Below, piece by piece: positions 58,003 through 64,000 of a stretch of DNA of 64,000 bases (positions are counted from its first letter, which is position 1; every line of letters starts with the position of its first letter). The position numbers and the translations under genes are program-made. The DNA comes from Flaccisagitta enflata. Taxonomy: Eukaryota. Where the stretch lies: contig OZ231126.1 of NCBI GenBank assembly GCA_965153355.1, positions 36,704,001-36,768,000 of the forward strand. The letters run 5' to 3'. Below the pieces are notes generated by a model. That model saw only the letters and a list, made by a program, of their open reading frames with translations, was not told the DNA's origin and searched no databases.

Positions 58003-58295
58003 GGTGGAATACGTTGACATCCATTTGAGAATGCCATCAGGAAAACAAAACGACGGACAGACAGACAGAAAAAGAATCAAACACAAACAGACAAACAGAG
58101 ATACCAGGCACATCGTAATTCCGTTAGCTCCTTTTTTTGGCACGGCCCGGCAACAACCTTGGAACGACTTTGCTCCCCTCCGCCTGGGCATTATCGAGAG
58201 CGTGCGCGCAATACGCATGCATGATCGCCCAAAAGAAAGCATGTACACGCACAATGTGGTACATGTGAAGACGGAGTCAAATTCTAGGAAAGAAA

Positions 58296-58393
<98 letters not shown>

Positions 58394-59876
58394 ACAATTG
58401 TCTTTTACTAAGGAAGAAAAACAATACGATAATGCCATGGATCTGGTTGCAAATATGTCACGGAAATGGTCGTGTAAACCAGATGCGGCTTTACTGTATC
58501 TTTATGCCACAACTGAAAAAAAACTGTGTGTTTTCTCCGATTTTACCCGGTCGAGTGAAACTTCAGCGGCAGCAAGAAAAAAGGTAGCAAGAAAAAAGGC
58601 AGCAAGAAAAAAGGTAGCAGGTGACAAGGAGGCAAAAGTCAAGACAACCGTCGTCTGGGTCGCCATCTTGTTGCCTCTAAAGGATCAGATGGATTTCACG
58701 ACGACCGGTGCAGTTGCATATTGTCTCAAGGGGATTATGGGACGGTACGCGGAACGGAGATGTGAGGGGGGGGAGTGCCATGCGGAAATGTGGGAATTGC
58801 ATGGAGCGGCAGTATGCCAGGGATTTGGGGATGAGGGTGTTATGCGGAAGGGCCGTAACGGTTAAAAAAAATATGAGGGGATAGGGATGTTGAATTCGGA
58901 ATATAAGGGATCAGACGTGTACTATGGATGGAACTTTTCTGAATTGCAGTCAAACTGTTGAAAGAGAATGGCAATGTTATAATCATGCCTATTTTTCAAC
59001 TTCCTTTCCATACCACATTGAAAGGGATAGGAGACCGTTGATGGCCAAGAAAGAGTTTAGATTAAGGCCCTTAGCATGAGCTATGCGCTCCCATATCATC
59101 CTAGCTCACGATAAAACATCTGCGCCGATGAAAGAAGTGGGTTAAATCGATTCAATCAATTATCGAGATGTTGTGGAATTCACGCCGACGTAGTGGTTTT
59201 AGTGGACGTTGGGGTGGGATGGTTGCGGAATTCACGCCGATGCAATGGTTTCAGTGGACGTTGGGGTGGGATGGTGAAAAGCAGCGTTACTGACGTTGTC
59301 CTGTCTGCAATGCGGTCTAATGGTTTCAATTTGATTTCATCTCTGAGACTTTTTTTCTCGTTGCCGCCAATGCGGAACTCTTGTGACATCGAATCTGATT
59401 TGAAGGTTATCATTAAAATGTCAGTGAATATTTCATCTTCGCAAGGACTGTACCTAATGAGAGATTTTTTTTTCATCAGAGTTGATGCTAGGGATAGGAT
59501 TCCAAATTTCAAATACGGCTCTAAGAAGCAGACTACTTTAAGAAAATTATGAATGTTCGCCGGTGATGTTCATTCTGAGAGAGGAGCTTAGTTTTGCCGG
59601 CGTCAAAAGCGAACCAAATCGGAGAGGAGGAAAAATTCATCCCTGAAACAGACGCAATTTTCGCAAGTTGTGGGCGCCACTTGTTTTTTACGGTCAGAAC
59701 CGCTTGCCACTCAGCTTGGGATCTAGTATACGTGGCAATCACGCAATCACTATTCTCAACGGGAAAATCGACTATTTCTTCTCTGTTGTGGCCAAATATA
59801 CTCTCGGTTTGTCAGTCTGCCTGCCAGTTTGTCACCTAATCTCTTTTGCGTTCTTGTTCTCAATCATGTACTTCAT

Positions 59877-59952
<76 letters not shown>

Positions 59953-60224
59953 ACTTTCTTACTTTTTTTCTTTCTTTCTTTCTTTCTTTCTCCCTTTCTT
60001 TCTCTATTCCTCACTTTTTTCTTTCTTTCTTTCTTTCTTTCTTTCATTCTTTCTTTCTCTCCCCCTCCCCATCTGATCCGTCAAACATCCCTTTTCACCC
60101 ATGTTTAAAATCTAGGCCAAACCATTGCGTATAGAACCCCCCACCGCAATGACCGCAGGTCTGAATCATGAAATAGTTCCTTGGTCAGTTTGATTGAATG
60201 GAATCATTTGGGTCTCGTACAAGC

Positions 60225-60447
<223 letters not shown>

Positions 60448-60889
60448 CGACAGAGACAGAGAGAGACAAAGACAGTGACAAAATCAGAGACAGACTGACT
60501 GGAGAGGGATTGAAGCGGCTCTATGAATAAGTAAATTAAAAGATGAGTTTAGAGATGAATGACTGGTTCATTGACAAAAAGAGAAATAAACACTGGTGAA
60601 TGCAAGAATGACGAGCCCTCTGTAAGAACATAACAAACGAGCTAGAGCAATTAGCTTCTTTATCCTTTGATCGCTTCATTTGAACTAACTTCTTTCTCAT
60701 GGTCGATTAACTTTGTTCCCTTTTCTTCTTGTTTGTGGCCTTTTGATAAGATCTTCGTTCTGATCATCAGGTATGACATGGAACAGGTTCAGTCGGTTCT
60801 TCGCTTTTTTCTGAAGCGATACAATCATTACATCTAATCCATACCCAAATGTCGACCTCGAAATCGATAAGAAAGACAAGAATGTCGTT

Positions 60890-60973
<84 letters not shown>

Positions 60974-61789
60974 TCAGCTTTCAGCTCGATTCTACCTTTC
61001 CAGTCTACTAGCTACTGAAAGAATCAAAACATAAGAGAAAAGGGGAATGACAGAGACAAAGAGACAGAGATAAAGAGACACTGAGTGAGAGACAGAGACA
61101 GAGAGTAAGAACAGGGAATGAAAGAATACTAATGTCATTCAGGACGAACGGTTTGTGTGTTCGGAGGCGGAATCTGATATCAACGAAACACAAAAGAATC
61201 CAAAAGTACAATATGATATTTAAAAAAAAAGATTAAAAGAAAAAAACGGAAGAAAGGTGTGGTATTGACAATTGTCGATCTGAGTTTGGACATAAAATTG
61301 TCGTCGCATAAAATTGTCGTCGCATTCATAGACGACGATAGCCTTACCAGTTCCACTCGTGTCGTGTCTAGTTACTCGTTTCACTGAAATCAGAAATGAT
61401 TGGCATTTATTGGACAGGTAATGAAACTCAATGTAAAAATGAATAAGGTAAGTCGTGGAACCACTTTCGAAGGTAAAAGAGAATGCTTTGAAATTTGAAT
61501 CGTCTTTTTATGAGCCAAAACAGCATGACGTCTGATGAGTCTCCCACATTAACCATTGAATGGAAAACCAACTCGTTCAGTTGCCCATTTTGAGTCGGAA
61601 ATATATTTCTTTGATTTTCATTATCCGTCAGCTTAACTGTCGTCAAGAAGAGAAAAACATTCTTACTCTTAGCTTTCTTAACAGTTCTTAGAATGACATG
61701 CTCTGTAGACCGTGCGTTTTAAGGTTTCTCAAAGAATGTTCTGGGTCTCGCAAGAAACAGGACTGATGGGGACGAAGTAAGTGTGTGAG

Positions 61790-61916
61790 AACAAGGCCAA
61801 GTAGGCCAATAAGGTGCGACGTGTGGATCGTCGAACGAATGCGTTACCGACAGACAGACCGACCGACCGACCGACGGACACAGCCAGTTATAGAGGTGCT
61901 TTGTCGCACCTAAAAA
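61790..61916 (-). mobile_element. HINE/DINE-1-like family A, inside tandem unit 1
   Basis: Full-length copy from aacaaggccaagtaggcc to gtcgcacctaaaaa. Confidence 0.8.
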
Positions 61917-62120
61917 GTAAGAAAGTGAAAAAGGAGGATGCATTTGATGCAATTCCTCATTAACCTTATTTTGATACATTTATTGTCTTATGAAAGTAAC
62001 CATGAGCCAGATGGATATCTATGATGCATGGCAATTATGATATCGTGGTCCCAGGAAAAAGGGCACACGAGGACGTCAAAATGACTGGGAATGATTGAAT
62101 ACATAAAAGTTCTAAGTATC

Positions 62121-62317
<197 letters not shown>

Positions 62318-62768
62318 CGACAGAGACAGAGAGAGACAAAGACAGTGACAAAATCAGAGACAGACTGACTGGAGAGGGATTGAAGCGGCTCTATGAATAA
62401 GTAAATTAAAAGATGAGTTTAGAGATGAATGACTGGTTCATTGACAAAAAGAGAAATAAACACTGGTGAATGCAAGAATGACGAGCCCTCTGTAAGAACA
62501 TAACAAACGAGCTAGAGCAATTAGCTTCTTTATCCTTTGATCGCTTCATTTGAACTAACTTCTTTCTCATGGTCGATTAACTTTGTTCCCTTTTCTTCTT
62601 GTTTGTGGCCTTTTGATAAGATCTTCGTTCTGATCATCAGGTATGACATGGAACAGGTTCAGTCGGTTCTTTTTTTTTTCTCAAGCTATACCAATCATTA
62701 CATCTAATCCATACCCAAATGTCGACCTCGAAATCGATAAGAAAGACAAGAATGTCGTCGTGGTCGTG

Positions 62769-62837
<69 letters not shown>

Positions 62838-63653
62838 TCAGCTTTTAGCTCGATTCTACCTTTCCAGTCTACTAGCTACTGAAAGAATCAAAACATAAGA
62901 GAAAAGGGGAATGACAGAGACAAAGAGACAGAGATAAAGAGACACTGAGTGAGAGACAGAGACAGAGAGTAAGAACAGGGAATGAAAGAATACTAATGTC
63001 ATTCAGGACGAACGGTTTGTGTGTTCGGAGGCGGAATCTGATATCAACGAAACACAAAAGAATCCAAAAGTACAATATGATATTTAAAAAAAAAGATTAA
63101 AAGAAAAAAACGGAAGAAAGGTGTGGTATTGACAATTGTCGATCTGAGTTTAGACATAAAATTGTCGTCGCATAAAATTGTCGTCGCATTCATAGACGAC
63201 GATAGCCTTACCAGTTCCACTCGTGTCGTGTCTAGTTACTCGTTTCACTGAAATCAGAAATGATTGGCATTTATTGGACAGGTAATGAAACTCAATGTAA
63301 AAATGAATAAGGTAAGTCGTGGAACCACTTTCGAAGGTAAAAGAGAATGCTTTGAAATTTGAATCGTCTTTTTATGAGCCAAAACAGCATGACGTCTGAT
63401 GAGTCTCCCACATTAACCATTGAATGGAAAACCAACTCGTTCAGTTGCCCATTTTGAGTCGGAAATATATTTCTTTGATTTTCATTATCCGTCAGCTTAA
63501 CTGTCGTCAAGAAGAGAAAAACATTCTTACTCTTAGCTTTCTTAACAGTTCTTAGAATGACATGTTCTGTAGACCGTGCGTTTTAAGGTTTCTCAAAGAA
63601 TGTTCTGGGTCTCGCAAGAAACAGGACTGATGGGGACGAAGTAAGTGTGTGAG

Positions 63654-63780
63654 AACAAGGCCAAGTAGGCCAATAAGGTGCGACGTGTGGATCGTCGAAC
63701 GAATGCGTTACCGACAGACCGACCGACCGACCGACCGACGGACACAGCCAGTTATAGAGGTGCTTTGTCGCACCTAAAAA
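63654..63780 (-). mobile_element. HINE/DINE-1-like family A, inside tandem unit 2
   Basis: Duplicate of 61790-61916, offset by 1864 bp. Confidence 0.8.
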
Positions 63781-64000
63781 GTAAGAAAGTGAAAAAGGAG
63801 GATGCATTTGATGCAATTCCTCATTAACCTTATTTTGATACATTTATTGTCTTATGAAAGTAACCATGAGCCAGATGGATATCTATGATGCATGGCAATT
63901 ATGATATCGTGGTCCCAGGAAAAAGGGCACACGAGGACGTCAAAATGACTGGGAATGATTGAATACATAAAAGTTCTAAGTATCCACACAGAGAGAGAGA

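Noticed and set aside
58398..58865. 155-aa ORF with Cys pairs, considered as an EGF-like partner exon for the Ig gene
   Set aside because: The Cys spacing does not fit EGF, it contains a 15-bp tandem repeat, and it has no convincing splice sites.

Overview
This window is AT-rich, extremely microsatellite-rich animal (invertebrate-like) genomic DNA, not prokaryotic. Almost every ORF in the supplied track is a translation of (AG)n, (AC)n, (AAAG)n, (ATC)n or (CTT)n repeats. The one gene I can support is a spliced + strand immunoglobulin-superfamily gene. Three phase-compatible exons (13799-14215, 15606-15750, 17492-18088) encode a low-complexity N-terminal region, one Ig domain with very large loop insertions, and a Ser/Thr/Pro stalk. 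There is a candidate hydrophobic anchor exon at 20349-20464 and a weak candidate signal-peptide exon at 7500-7607. The rest is mostly transposon-derived: three families of DINE-1/HINE-like (Helentron-associated) non-autonomous elements, a canonical non-autonomous Helitron family, several MITEs, and a 5'-truncated R4/Dong-clade retrotransposon fragment (RLE endonuclease) sitting inside an (AG)n tract. The window also holds a perfect 44-bp hairpin and a 1864-bp tandem duplication that runs off the end. I found no tRNA, rRNA or CRISPR array, and I cannot claim a wholly new system from this sequence alone.
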